The position numbers were made by a program, and so were the translations under genes. DNA of 62,967 nucleotides, the filler included, from Lenisia limosa (lineage: Eukaryota > Protista > Breviatea), in the NCBI GenBank assembly GCA_001655205.1. It is 13 parts of 13 records of this genome, joined end to end, with 100 filler letters (N's around TTAATTAATTAA, not from the genome) between each part and the next. Parts side by side here need not be neighbours in the genome. Positions count along the whole stretch, not along the records: positions 25,679 to 28,841 come from LPNZ01002636.1; positions 28,942 to 30,985 come from LPNZ01000723.1; positions 31,086 to 32,662 come from LPNZ01003436.1; positions 32,763 to 36,191 come from LPNZ01002202.1; positions 36,292 to 38,663 come from LPNZ01008477.1; positions 38,764 to 40,510 come from LPNZ01004219.1; 7 more parts are not named here. The stretch is one strand, 5' to 3'. Below, one piece after another: positions 25,579-38,940 of this stretch; positions within the stretch are counted from its first letter, which is position 1, and every line of letters starts with the position of its first letter. A model generated the notes under the pieces. It searched no databases. It saw only the letters and a program-made list of their open reading frames with translations, and was not told the origin of the DNA.

Positions 25579-25678
25579 NNNNNNNNNNNNNNNNNNNNNN
25601 NNNNNNNNNNNNNNNNNNNNNNTTAATTAATTAANNNNNNNNNNNNNNNNNNNNNNNNNNNNNNNNNNNNNNNNNNNN
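25579..25678. other. Artificial contig spacer (44 N + TTAATTAATTAA + 44 N), first of 12
   Basis: Identical 100-bp spacers with the 12-mer at 25623, 28886, 31030, 32707, 36236, 38708, 40555, 42112, 55713, 57829, 59628 and 61053. The palindrome places stop codons in all six frames. Confidence 0.97.
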
Positions 25679-25835
25679 CCCCCCCCCCCCTCGTGACCCC
25701 TCGAGTGGGGAAAGGGGAAGGGGATGAGGGGAGTCAGGCTTTCAATATTGGTATAGCTAACTTGACCCTATAGGGGAGGCCCAAATCCCCCGACCGCACG
25801 CGACTCCATCCCAATCCCTCCGGTGGGTTGGACCA

Positions 25836-25930
25836 AGAGCTTCACTTCGGTTCGAAAAAAGACTGAATTTTTTCGATAAATCCTCGAAAACTATCTTTTG
25901 ATGGTATTTTCCGAACCGAAGTGAAGCCCT
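25836..25930. mobile_element. MITE family A copy
   Basis: AGAGCTTCACTTCGGTTCGAAAAAAGAC...TTCCGAACCGAAGTGAAGCCCT inverted termini. Confidence 0.85.
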
Positions 25931-26289
25931 TTGGACCGGGTTATTTGTTACGTTGTTGGTTATAACTTTCTTTTTTTATTGTAATTCGGAAAAGGGATAT
26001 TTGTCCCGTTTTGTTTATCACTTTTGGTTCTTTGCGCGTTTATTACCAAGGGGGTTATTTAGACGTTTTTAACATGTTAATTTACGTGGGTAGTGACCGG
26101 AATAGTTTTGACCTATTTGAAATGGGATTTCCGAGGGAAAATAGGTCAAGGCTTATCCTGGTCACTGTATATGTCACCTTTTTGCTGATTTGTAAGATAT
26201 TTTTGCATGGTATATTTATCAAGGTTTTTTTTTTGTATTGGACCAGAATGAAACCCTGATTTGATAGGAAGTCTCTCTAACATTACAGA

Positions 26290-28122
26290 CCACGCATCGC
26301 ATACCAACACCCGACCAGTCCGCCACGACCTCATCACACCCCCTCCTGGGGACAGGTGCGATCTCATGTCCAGGCTTTGTGCTTTTTTTCTCTTTCAATT
26401 TGTCCAGGAACACTTCTGCCTTCGCCCTTTTTAAGTCTTATTTCCACGTCTTTCTGACCCACTAGTCCCAACCAGCCGCCTCCTGTCCACTCTCGATCTG
26501 CTGAACCTTCAGAATACGAAAGTTTGTAGTTTCGATACAGTGACCGTGATAAGCCTTGATATTGATTGTTCTGAAGGGAAACAAGAGTTTCTCTCAATTA
26601 AGGCTTTTCATTTTACGTCCCATAATAGACCGCTAATTTTGATATGTATAAAATATCAAAAAGCCTTCTTGAAAGTGGGATATCCTGTGAGGCTTTATTC
26701 TAACCTCCTGTAGATCACCAATATCCCTCCGCACACCACTACGAATATGAGCAGTCCAATGACAGCTTCCTTACTATGCCCCCGTTCTCAGCCGGTGGGT
26801 GGTGCACCCAGACTTGAGCGATTACCCCTTGATTATTTATAAGCATATTATGTCTTTGCATCTATTTCTTATGTCCTTATCCAACATAGCAGCTGCTACC
26901 ATTTTCCCATCATACCTAAGATTCCTTGTTCCTATATAACATTAAAACACCGACTGCGATAAGTCCTGAAACGAGAGACTGGTTATTAAGCTCGTGTCAA
27001 GACTTTTCACGGTTAGTATATATGATAAACTACATCACGCCCAAAGTTAAACTACATCACGCCCAAAGCTAAACTACATCACGCCCAAAGTTTCATCTGT
27101 TTCTCATCTCTTCCCCAACATACAGANNNNNNNNNNNNNNNNNNNNNNNNNNNNNNNNNNNNNNNNNNNNNNNNNNNNNNNNNNNNNNNNNNNNNNNNNN
27201 NNNNNNNNNNNNNNNNNNNNNNNNNNNNGCAGGATGGACGGAAGGTTGGTACCCGAGTCTATGCTTTATTTCTTTTTGTACTATACAATCAAAGTCTTTC
27301 TATTTCAGCGAATTTCCACCGCTGGACCTCTATGATCCTAGTTTCAAGAGAGACTTTACTGCAAAATCTTCATTCTTTGGTCCCGCATCGAAGTGGACAT
27401 TCCCACTTAACCTCTCTCTCCCCCAGATAACGGATTGCTTCCCTCTTCCGCCGACCCCGCACCCTTCGAGTCCGAGGTCTCTTCCGACGCTTCCGACAGC
27501 GACGCTTCCGATAACGACGCTTCCGACAACTCAGAGCTCTCCAGTCCCCTCTTCACCGCCGAGCCAGAACCGTCCACAATGGCGCCTTTACGCACCCGCC
27601 GCCGCACCAAGGTCACAGACCCCCCGGTGGAACTAACGGAAAAGGCCATAAAAACGGACCGAAGGGGTCGGAAGGCGAAGGCCAGGGGTCGCCGTGGGCC
27701 TTATATGACCAAAAAACGTCGGGAGGCTCTTGCGGCAGAAGACGCAATTGAGGAGTACGTGGCGCCTAAGACGACGCAAAGGTCCGGCAAGAGGGTCCCG
27801 AAGTTACATCTGAGAAGGCTGCCATCGCGGCCGGTTATCGAACAAATCAACTCCGTGGACCTTGATGTGAGGGGATTTGGGCAGATACTATACTAGAAAT
27901 ACAACGTTTTTGATAAGTGATGATATAATGATGATACAACTGTAATATCATTTCAACATATCAGCAACCTCATCTATCTGCTATTATTCTTCGTTTTGAC
28001 CGATTTACCCATTGCAGAAATTTGAACTGATCATTGTGAAACAAGGAGGTGACGTCCCTGGCGTTTCCCCCTTTACAAGACGGCCGAGTGGGAAGGGCTT
28101 TTATACGCCGTATCCTCCCTGA
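26290..28122 (+). CDS. Hypothetical low-complexity protein (Pro/Ser, acidic DASD repeats, basic RRGRK segment); partial
   Basis: Long open segment 27435-27860 (SDASDSDASDNDASD...RRGRKAKARGRRGPYMTKKRR) ends at a GTGAGG donor and splices in phase to ttgcag|KFELIIVKQGG...PYPP* (TGA 28120-28122). Upstream exons are weaker and span an N gap. Confidence 0.5.
27026..27091. repeat. 22-bp tandem repeat x3
   Basis: TAAACTACATCACGCCCAAAG(T/C) three times. Confidence 0.9.
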
Positions 28123-29079
28123 GGGACAAGGCAGCTTTATGGTCATAGCCGGGTGAATACAAGAGCTTCCCTTTGATAAATACATATAAATATTGAAACT
28201 TGTTACTTTTTTTCAATCAAGCTGTTTTCATAGTGACTGTTACAGGCCTGTATCATTGAAGTTGGTTGGATGCGGAGAGAGGGGTGGTAAGTCTTTCATT
28301 TTTGCTTATAATCGAGGAAATCAAATGAATTCACAGAGATACAGTGAACATTATTACTTTTAAACGTGATGGAATGAGGCTTTGGCTATTATTTCCCCAT
28401 TTACGTTCCTGCATGCTATTCTCTACTGTTCTGATGTTACGATATGAGTCCATGATTAGTCAGTTCCCGTAAATGGTGTATTTAGCCTTTTTACTTACAT
28501 TTTAGATTAACACCCAATTGCTGATTAGAAGGTAGCTTATTTTGAAAGTCTATGTATTTTATTCCATTTCTACCATCCAAGACTTCACTTTCGGTTCCGA
28601 TATCCGTACCCAACTAAATTTTACACTCGATTTACATTATTACATTCAGTTAGCCCAAGAAAACAGGGTTGGAACAGGGGGAGTCGGCCATTAGACAATG
28701 AGGAAAGTTTTTGAAGCCTTCTAGAACTTTCGAAAAACGTTAACAATTTTTAAAAAAAAACAGAAAAAAATTAACGACACCACAACAAACTACTGAGACT
28801 ACCGCTTAACACTGATCCATCCCACTAGCCATTGCCCATACNNNNNNNNNNNNNNNNNNNNNNNNNNNNNNNNNNNNNNNNNNNNTTAATTAATTAANNN
28901 NNNNNNNNNNNNNNNNNNNNNNNNNNNNNNNNNNNNNNNNNGCCCGAAATCAGCTATCAATAGGTTGGAAACAAAACAAAGCCCAGGCCGGTCCCTTCTT
29001 AAATCGCTGATAGAGGGGAGGGGGTGAAAAAGCCCCATACACACACACACACAAATTTCCCCTTCTCCTAAAATGCCCA

Positions 29080-30065
29080 CTCACGGAAGCATGTCGCAAA
29101 GCCACTGTCGTAGTATTGGCCAATGTGACATGTGCTGAAACTCGAACAGCTCTGTAGTGTTAGTGCCAGCCGGCAAGCTGCCATAATAATAATCATCATC
29201 AGTATAATCATCATTATCACCACCATCATCATCATCATTACTATTAACATCATCATCATCATTTATAGTATTATTATTAACATCATCAATCATGCCATCA
29301 TAATCATCAGCATTAAATCATCATCATCATCCACAACATCACCAGCATCATCATCATCATCACCTGTTTGAAAGGCTCTTCAGTAGAGAAACACGATGTG
29401 CAGATGTCCGCTTTTTCATCACAGAACTGACAATTGGTGTCACAACCTTGAGGTTATAATTAATTGACTTGATAATTTTTTTTTAAAAAAATGTTTTTAA
29501 CTATTTTAAGGCAGATAGGGCTCCGTGCAACTAATTTTTGAGGAAATTGACAAAATTAGATATTTAAAGTGTCTGGAATAGGGTTTTTGCTATAATATGT
29601 CCGACTTTAAATTTTGAAATTAATTTTTCAATTAATTGCACGGAATAAAAAACAATAGTGCCCTAACAATCAGTCAAAAGATGACGTCACGGGTAATAGT
29701 GACAATTCGGAAGGCGGTAAGAGCCAAAATACAATATTATTGGGGTGAGCCGGGGGTGCTTATTATGGTGGGGGGGTATTTTAATTAATAACATATAAGT
29801 AGAAAAAAGAAAGAAAAAAAAAGACTGAGTTCTCAGATAAATTCTCGAAAAATATCGATATTTCCCCGGTCTTTTTCGGACCGTAGGGAAGTCCAAAATA
29901 TAAGTATCCAGCCCAACCATGGTAGAAAAAAAAAAGACTGAATATCTGATAAATATCGATATTAGATCGTAGGAGAGCAATAGATATCTAGCCGTACCAT
30001 AATAGGTCTCCTGTCCTCGTCTGTTGTAACCGTGGGTGGCAGCGATACAATCGCCCATGTAAAGA
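29080..30065 (-). CDS. Fragment of a furin-like/EGF-type Cys-rich repeat protein
   Basis: Three exons splice in phase: GDCIAATHGY...TYY|GCDTNCQFCDEKADICTSCFSTEEPFKQ|SCSSFSTCHIGQYYDSGFATCF|GTGAGT. The CxxxCxxC...CxxC...C..G.Y spacing is furin-like. Confidence 0.6.
29175..29363. repeat. Degenerate (ATC/ATT)n microsatellite in an intron
   Basis: Runs of CATCATCAT/ATTATT; these produce the spurious poly-Ile/Met/Asp ORFs. Confidence 0.9.
29517..29664. mobile_element. Longer (~150 bp) TA-flanked GGGC-terminal MITE; related copy at ~31985-32105
   Basis: TAGGGCTCCGTGCAA...TTGCACGGA...GTGCCCTA; the second copy shares TAGGGCTCCGT...TGAAATTAATTT.TCAATTAAT...CACGGA. Confidence 0.6.
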
Positions 30066-30254
30066 TACTGGCCCTTGGGACAAACCTAAAAGAGTTAAAA
30101 TGACATCTGCATCCCCGAGATTTCTTTAATTAAATAATGTGGCGCTCTCAAGAATAATAAGTCTTGACAAATACATATGTTCTATGATTTCTCAAGGAAT
30201 CGGGCAAAGACTATCCTGGTCTCTATAAGTTTAATACTTTTAAGATGTTATTAC

Positions 30255-30353
30255 TAGGGCTTCCCGTAGGGTCCGAAAAAGACCGTTTAAATATCGATAT
30301 TTTTCGAGGATTTAGCAAGAAAATCAATCATTTTTTGGGACCGTAGGAGCCCT
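30255..30353. mobile_element. MITE family A, subfamily 2 (GGGCTTCCCTACGG-type arms)
   Basis: TAGGGCTTCCCGTAGGGTCCGAAAAAGACC...TTTTTTGGGACCGTAGGAGCCCT with the shared core ATATCGATATTTTTCGAGGATTTA. Similar copies at ~29815-29894, 35803-35870, 38125-38292, 43965-44035, 46330-46407. Confidence 0.8.
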
Positions 30354-30791
30354 TGATATAATATTGGTGATTTAAATGGGGGCTGGGGAGTCCTAAAATA
30401 CCCCATCATATTCTACCGATCTCCCCCTCCAACCGCATCATGTAATTAGACATTCCCCCTTAACGGACAGCATAAACGGAAACTGGGAAGGTCCAGTTTG
30501 GACCTGGGTGGAAAATGGCTACTCGATTTGATTGCGAGAAATCGAGAAGTAGAAACTTGTTAGTCCTCAATTATCGGTTGGTCTCTTCGTTTTGTTGTTT
30601 TTGGCGAGGTAAGCAAGAGCTAAGCCGTTTTGTTTTCTGAGTTATACAGAACAATGATCAGTGTGAAAAGTGTGAAAACCTAGCACCCAAACTAGACCTT
30701 CCGAGCTTCCGATAATGCTGTCCTTTAACCAAGTATTCCCTATCCTTCCTCCATCATTATATATCAATATCCCTACGTTGCATTCTATCAC

Positions 30792-30941
30792 TATTCCCAT
30801 CTGTATGAATAGTCCCATCTGTATGAATATTTCCATCTGTATCAATATTCCCATCTGTATCAATATTCCCATCTGTATGAATATTCCCATCTGTATCAAT
30901 ATTCCCATCTGTTTCAATATTCCCATCTGTATGAATATTCC
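30792..30941. repeat. 18-bp minisatellite, about 8 copies
   Basis: TATTCCCATCTGTAT(G/C)AA tandem units. Confidence 0.92.
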
Positions 30942-33759
30942 TTCACACACATTAGCAATGAGAAATAAAAAAATAAGGATGTATCNNNNNNNNNNNNNNN
31001 NNNNNNNNNNNNNNNNNNNNNNNNNNNNNTTAATTAATTAANNNNNNNNNNNNNNNNNNNNNNNNNNNNNNNNNNNNNNNNNNNNGGGGGAAGGAGTGTT
31101 TTGTATGTTTGTGAGTGTTTGTGAGGGGAGGGGGGATAAAGGTGATTTAAATGCTAGATGGAGGTATGTATTTGATTGTGTTTGTGGGGGTTGGGATTGT
31201 ACCCCCCAATTTTGGGCTTTTTTTAATTCATATTTTTATTTTACGAGTGATGGGATGCGGTGCTGCAGAAGTTACTGGCCTGGTCTTTTTTGTTTTGTTG
31301 TTATCGACCTACGTGTGTTGTCAGCCAACAGAGTTGATTTTGGGCTTTTTTCTCTTTCATAAATTTGCAAATTTTACTCCACCCAGATTCCCCCAGCTTG
31401 AGTCTCCCCTGAGTTACCCCCAATTCAACGGCTTTGCCCCGCTTGAGGAAACCCTGAAATGGACTCATTCATCCACTGATTACCCGGGTATTGGGGGATT
31501 AACCCGGACACAGGGGGATTAGCCCGGGTAATTTATGTAGTATTTTCCCACTCCCCTCTTTTTTTACACCCCAAATCTGTTGTTTTCCATCTCGCAATTT
31601 TGATTTTTTTTTTTTCTTCTTTATCAATTTTATATATATATTTGTAATACTTTGCAGTTTCTACTATCAAAAGAGCTGCCAGTGACGCCGACATTATTCT
31701 GCTTGAAGTGCCCTCAATTCCAAGTGGGGTGGTTGGAGCGTTTTTTTTAGGGGTAAAATGCTTGGAATTCCCATGTATTGTTGTACCCCCCCAAACAAAC
31801 AAAAACAATTCTTTTTTCATAAAATTTTTTACCAGCTATTATAAAATCGGTGCAGAAGTAGGTATGCATGTTTCCTCTTTTGCCACTGCAAAGTATTGGC
31901 TAATATGTTCATTTTGCAAAGTATTGGCTATTTTGTTCATTTTTACCACTTGATCATCGTTCTGTTGCAATATTGTGATATGGTTAGGGCTCCGTACTAA
32001 TAATTTTTTGAAGAAATATTAATTGACTAAAGTATCTGAAATGGGGTTCGCGCCACTTCAATGTGAAATTAATTTATCAATTAATGGCAATCAATTACAC
32101 GGATTCTGAGACATGATGACGACCTCTTTCATCTTACAGCTCAATTGCTGCAATTGAAGGCGCATTTGCAGTGACATTACCCTGTCTCCTATCTTGACAT
32201 TTCAGCCTCCTTGCCTTTCACTGCTACTTTGTCGTACTACTTCAGGCTCCAGCGGCCTGACACTTGGGGTATGGGGCTTGTTTATTTTTGATCCAAGTTT
32301 CAATAGAGACTTCTTCAAAAAAATTATTTACAAATAGTATATTTAGACAAACACTTACCATATTTAGACATTTAGAATAACACTTACCATATATAGACCA
32401 GCCTTCCGGAACTTCCGTTAATGCTCTTTTTGGCTCTTCCACTGTGTCAACTTATGATGACATTTTGAAGCCCCCAGCTGCAGTTTGGGGGGAGGGGTTG
32501 AATTAAACAAGATTCTGGGTGGTATATTATTGTGCTTCATTTGGGGTTCCCAATAAGACTGAATTCTCGATAATTTCTCGATAAACCCTCGATATTCTCG
32601 ACATCCCTAAATTCTCATGTGAACAGGTCACGGAAGACTTCACCTTTATTGAAGCACCTTACNNNNNNNNNNNNNNNNNNNNNNNNNNNNNNNNNNNNNN
32701 NNNNNNTTAATTAATTAANNNNNNNNNNNNNNNNNNNNNNNNNNNNNNNNNNNNNNNNNNNNTCGGGGTATCGGCAGGCCTTCTTCCCAGTAGTATCTAG
32801 GGGAGAGGGGAAATTAAATTGAAAAAAAAATAATAAAAAAAAAGCCCAAAATCAGTTCTGATTAGGCGAGATAAAAATGAAAAATCTATGAAAATCTATG
32901 AAACAAGTAAACAAACAAGAATCAATTTTGTTGTTAAACGTTTGAGAAACACAAAACGATATGAAAACACAGAACAAATAAATCCCGGTTGAGAGGGGGG
33001 TATAACATTCAGCAAACAAAGCGCAACTTGAGACTAAATACATTATTCAGGAAGTTCTCTACATCGCTTTGTCTATTGCACGGTTTCGGCCAAACCCTCC
33101 CGTTATTTTTTCTAATTTCTACAGAATTACAATGATACCTCCCTCCCACCACCGCCAAATCTATTTAAAATCGCATCCTCTCCGCGGCACTTGGCCGCAG
33201 GGAGGTGGAAATGTTGGAACCGAAAAAGTTCGACGATTTTGCCTCAAAAAAAGATGTTTAAGGAAGCTAATTGAACTGATTTTGGGGGATTTATGAAGAA
33301 AAGTAGTCGAATTTTTGTGTCGAAATAGTTTCCAACCCTCAACAGCCAAACACCCGCTCCAGCCTCACCGAATAACTCGAAGAAACTCTGACCACAAGAG
33401 TGCCACAACTACAAAAATGAGTTCAGGTGTGAAAGCCGTTTTTGCAACATTGCTGATATGCAGAGCTTCACTTCGATTCGGAAAAACTTCCTTTACTAAT
33501 CGAGAAAAACTCGCTTTCAGAAACAGAGGGTGACGCTCTACTTACAATGAAGATAGAAAATCATGGCACTCCCCCCCTCCTTTCAAGATAGTCCATTTTT
33601 TATAATACTCCCNNNNNNNNNNNNNNNNNNNNNNNNNNNNNNNNNNNNNNNNNNCCTTGTCTAATTAATAACACTCAGGGCTATACAACCCCCCACCCTC
33701 TGGATTAACCTCAGACGCAGCTACTGCAGCAAAATCCGTGAGGATGGAGAGGGCTGGGG

Positions 33760-34860
33760 CTCCACGAAGTTTGGGGGCTGTGAGGGATGAAAAGCGAAGT
33801 TTGAGCAAATGCTGATAGGCGAAACGTAGCGTTTGAATAATGTTCCATAATTTTCTTGTCTTACGAACCAACAAAGAGGCACAATATCATCACGCATACC
33901 GGGGTGACATGAAGACGACTTGACTTCCCTGAATTATCAAAAAAACGGTGGCTCTGACATTTAGTCTCATATCCAAAAGTAAAAGAATCTCAAATGCAGT
34001 AGTAATATATTGAATATGATGGCTTTATTTCAGGTTAAAAGGAAAGTAAATAATGATAGCAACATAGGTGCTCAATTGTAATATCGTAAATATGTTAAGA
34101 GACTAATTTCGCTCATCTTTAACACAAAATTTGAAGAACCATTCTCCTTTTGAAATATTTTTGAAGGATGTTCTGTTGTTCCATAAAGACATGAACATTA
34201 TTTTGGGGGCACTTTGGTCCTAAAAAGATTTTTTGATATATATTCAATAAACATCGAAATTTTACAGGCCTTTTTCGGATCGTAGTGAAGCCCTTGTAAT
34301 TTTGCAGCAAATATCATGTAATTGTTGAACGAGGGATAATATACATTATATGATATATACTATTAGTACTACTGGGGAAATATTGAATAATTCGGAGTTT
34401 CCTTCTCACCGTCTCGGGGTTGCCAAGAGATCAGGCGCTGAAAACCACGAAAATACTTCTGAAATCATTGTTAGAAACGAAAACTATAGTTCAATGAAAA
34501 TATCATGAAGAAGTAAAACAAATTTTAAAATAAAAACCATCAAAATTATGAAGAAGTGAGCATCTAATTGAAAACAGTAAAGCCCAAGACCCTCAACACC
34601 ATCATCATGTTTAACAATATAGTAGGTAGTTTCCCTCAGAGGCGATAGTATTTGACTTTTAGTGTTGCAAATGATTTTTTGAGTTTTTACATCAGGTTGT
34701 TCCATAGGTTGTTCCATATAAGACGTATAGGTCCACGAAGTTTAGGGGCTGTGAGGGATGAAAAGCGAAGTTTGAGCAAATGTTGATAGGCGAAACGTAG
34801 CGTTGGAATAATGTTCGATAATTTTCTTGTCTTACGAACCAACAGAGAGGCACAATAACA
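33760..34860. repeat. Local direct duplication: two ~130 bp copies (33760-33890 and 34731-34860), about 90% identical
   Basis: CCACGAAGTTT(G/A)GGGGCTGTGAGGGATGAAAAGCGAAGTTTGAGCAAATG...CTTACGAACCAAC read directly at both sites. Confidence 0.9.
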
Positions 34861-37107
34861 AGAAGAAGATCAACAACAAAACATCTTTGTGCCTCTCGTG
34901 ATCCATTATCCACCCCTAGTATATCGTCTTACCTTCAGAGATGTCAGAAGGGCTCCTGAGGCCCCCCTTTCTCCTTCCTGTCTTCATTACCTTCCGCTGG
35001 TGCTCCGCTGCGTCATCCCGGCCACCTGTATGGGGTTAATGCAAGGGTATGGATATAGTCTATTAATATTATACTATACCATTTCATATACTTTCCAATG
35101 GCGGGGATAAGCTTGACCGATTTGCTATGATTTCCCATTGATAATCAGTCAAGACTTATCCCGGTCACTGTACACTAATATATAGTGTGTTTATCATTTG
35201 TTATGTATATAGAGACAAAAAGGGGGAGACGATGGGAGCTTGGCCCCTCCTTGGGGTGAGGGTCAACAAAACAATCATACCAAACACCCTACCCTTACCC
35301 TCAACAAAAATCAAACCCCCCTACTCGATCCAGCGGTTGTTGTTCCAGTCATTTCGAACATGACACTGAACTGGCTTCCTTCGTGTCTGAAAGAGTGAGA
35401 GTAGGGCATTTTGCTTTATGGCATCCCTATGTATTTATTTGTTCACCTCACCCCTATGTATTTATTTGTTTATGTCATCCCTATGAATATATAAGATATG
35501 ATATAATACATAATATACTACTTATCATATGTTTGTTCCCCTGGATTTCTAATATACAACATTTTTCTTGTTCAATAAAAGGAGTGATGTATCGGGAAGA
35601 CAGGAGGGTATTTTGTGTCTGTGCGTGCGGCGGGCAAAAGACGTACAAAATAATGATATTTATCGAGGATTTATCGTGAATTCAGTGTTTTTTGGAACAG
35701 AAAGTGAAGCCCTTGGCCTTGCGGGTGTTGTGTTCGGGGGGAGTGTGCGACACAATAATGCTGTTATTTTTCTATTTGAAGGACTGCGTATGTGTATAGA
35801 GCAGGGCTTCCCTTTCGGTTCCTAAACTCCCTAATATTTTGTACGTCTTTTGGAACCTAAAGGGAAGTTTTAATATAGTGTCTACTAAAGTAGCATCACA
35901 ATACTAAACTTGTTATACAGCCCCCCCCCCCCAATGCACCCCCCACGTTAATCCGAAGAGACGGGTCACCAAGTCTGCAACTGGAGTTTCGAGTGTTCTA
36001 AAAAGTGACTTGAGGAGTGAAAATGCTCAATTAATAAACCGAAAAACGCAAAACAGAGATGAAAATATACCCTCACACACACACATTTCAGATACAAATG
36101 TCATATAATCTCCCCCCTCCCCCCCACCCAGTAACAATATCCGCACGCCAATCCATGCAAGATTTCGGCGGAGGGTTGGCTGCGGCGGCGGNNNNNNNNN
36201 NNNNNNNNNNNNNNNNNNNNNNNNNNNNNNNNNNNTTAATTAATTAANNNNNNNNNNNNNNNNNNNNNNNNNNNNNNNNNNNNNNNNNNNNAGTAATACA
36301 GCTACTTCGAAAGAAAAAGAGACAACAGCAGATGGTCTGCTATTATGCTAAATAATTATGTGTACAAATGATTGGGTGAATTCATATTATACTATAATTC
36401 AACGTGGACGGCTTTGGCCAGGTACAACATTTATATGATATTTCTCATTGCTATATATCTTGACACATCGACCCGCCCCCCCATCACACACTCATACATG
36501 TATATGCATAGTACAATTATAAAGGCATGCGGTTCAATCTAACAGAGTTGATGTTGGTTTTTTGTTTTATAAGTTTTCCTACCTCCCATCCTTGACCAAT
36601 TACCCAGATATCTTCATCAGTTCACAATTGCTCCAGCAGTTGACGAACCCGAAGAAGTGCTCCCGTAAGAGGGGTGGGGGCTTATATACACTGACTCGGA
36701 AAAGTTGCTCTGTGATTTCCCAAGTAAAATCGGTCAATAGTTTTCGAGGGTTTATACGTATCTCTTTTTGCTTACTTCATTTCACCCCTCCGTTTTCGCT
36801 TCAGTCATTTGCCCAATTTACCTCCCTCCCTCTCCCAACTCACGTATGTTGCTTGCCAACAGAGGTGATTTTGGGCATTTTTTGTTTCATAACTTTTNNN
36901 NNNNNNNNNNNNNNNNNNNNNNNNNNNNNNNNNNNNNNNNNNNNNNNNNNNNNNNNNNNNNNNNNNNNNNNNNNNNNNNNNNNNNNNNNNNNNNNNNNNN
37001 NNNNNNNNNNNNNNNNNNNNNNNNNNNNNNNNNNNNNNNNNNNNNNNNNNNNNNNNNNNNNNNNNNNNNNNNNNNNNNNNNNNNNNNNNNNNNNNNNNNN
37101 NNNNNNN

Positions 37108-38370
37108 CCCCTCCCCAAGATCAGTCCCCATGCATTTACCAATCATGGAACAGGCCCACGCCATCTCACCCCTGGTATGTGCAATGATGATTATTAATTT
37201 GAGAACACGAAATATGATATCATATACTATATAAGTATAGCCTGTAATGGATTATCAGTACATCACCCATTGAAATAAAAGTATTATTGTTTGATAATGG
37301 TTGGGTGAATCAATAATTGACAATAAGAATCACTTATACATTTACCAATTTTTCTTCCACTTAACTGAACAGGATCGAATGGCTTTCCTCACAGACCACC
37401 ATATGGACTATGCGCATGAAAGGGCAAATGAAGGTGCGGGGGTGAGGTTCAAAGCTACGTCCATATGTAGCTTTATATTAATCCAAAATCTCTTATAGGT
37501 TTGATTGTGGGCGGCTTCGGCCAGATACAACCTTTCTTTTTTTTCACATTGCTATATATAATAGAGCCATTTTTACCTTGATGGGATGCAGTGCTGCAAC
37601 GCGGCTGGCCTGGGCTTTGTTTGTTATTTTCAAACCTAGTGTGTTCAACAGAGCTGATTTTCAAAATCGTCCTAATTTTATCCAGCCCAACTATACCAAT
37701 TTTTCAGATAGAAATGACCATCTCCCCCCCCTCCCCTCATATTACCCACTCCTCCCTACGGCTTCTCTTCGGTTAGGGAAAATATCGATAATTATCGAGG
37801 ATTTATTGGGAAATTCAGTCTTTTTCGAACCGAAGTTAAGCACTACTCCTCCCCTCAATCTTTTACAGACACCGTTGTTTCTCACAAGACCTTTAGAGGG
37901 AAACGACCTTGATGCCGGAGCTCTTGGCGGTGTAGTAGACAAGCCGCGCATGTTCCACATACAGGATGAGACGCCTCCTTCTGAGCTCGCTGCCCGATTC
38001 GACCCGAAAAACATCGACAATGTGGGATGGCAAAGATTAGATATTTTCTCACTCACTAAATATGATCCCCCAGAGGCCCCACAATACCATCATTCACCCT
38101 TCACCCTCATTGTACTTATGTCTGGAGCTTCCCTACGGTCTAAAACAGACCGATTATTTATCGAGGATTTATCAAGAAATGACCCATTCGTTGAGTAATT
38201 ATTCCCAACGTCCCGAAAAAGACTGAATTTCTCGATTAATCCTCGATAAATGTCGATATTTTCACGTTCTTTTAGTACCATAAGGAAGCCCTACTTCTGC
38301 CCCTTTTTACGTTTCAGGTCAAAAACCTGATCAAGCGCATTCCGAATTGTTCTCATGCAGTGGGCTTCCT
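37108..38370 (+). CDS. Hypothetical protein fragment (several short exons)
   Basis: aacag|DRMAFLTDHHMDYAHERANE|GT splices in phase 1 to tttag|EGNDLDAGALGGVVDKPRMFHIQDETPPSELAARFDPKNIDN|GTGGGA. No family recognised. Confidence 0.35.
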
Positions 38371-38940
38371 TCTGCTCGTGGTGGGAGGGGTGCTGCTGGT
38401 AATGGTGATGAATACCCATAATTAGACTAGAAAAAAAAGGGGGGACAGACGGAACATACCACAAGAATTTATATTGAGATATTTTAGTTCCACTACCCTA
38501 TATGGCAGGCAATTGTTAGAGTTTCAGATGAACCGACTGTACCTTTACGAAAATATTCTTCATCCGAAGTATTTTCATTCTACGTCAATTGTCCATTTTT
38601 ATGCAAAGAAGCGACTAGATTGGGCGTTGTTTGTTTTGTTGTTATAAACCCTTGTGTGTTGTCNNNNNNNNNNNNNNNNNNNNNNNNNNNNNNNNNNNNN
38701 NNNNNNNTTAATTAATTAANNNNNNNNNNNNNNNNNNNNNNNNNNNNNNNNNNNNNNNNNNNNAATGTAAGTAACAATGAACTGTTGCCCATTTTGAAAT
38801 TAGATTTGTACCTGTGTCAAAAAAACAATTTCAGTTAAAAAATCGGGTAAAATCGGGTTTAGTGTCGTAGCATATATCGATATACTATAATATAGATAAT
38901 ATATATACTATATTTGCATATTATATCATATATCATATAG

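Noticed and set aside
25623-25634. TTAATTAATTAA as a biological motif (e.g. piggyBac TTAA sites or a homeodomain site)
   Set aside because: Always centred in exactly 44+44 N; an assembly linker.
27026-27091. CRISPR-like array (also considered at 8802-8951, 30792-30941, 46684-46826, 56501-56599)
   Set aside because: Units are directly contiguous with no unique spacers, no cas genes, and the context is eukaryotic; these are minisatellites.
29068-29371. Poly-Met/Ile/Asp ORFs
   Set aside because: Products of an (ATC)n microsatellite lying in an intron of the furin-like fragment.
30642-31041. ORFs with MGILIQ / NIPICM repeats
   Set aside because: Translation of an 18-bp minisatellite on both strands; no independent coding evidence.
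31640-32270. P-type ATPase fragment (KRAASDADIILLE)
   Set aside because: One short motif-like exon only; neighbouring candidate exons do not continue P-type ATPase sequence.
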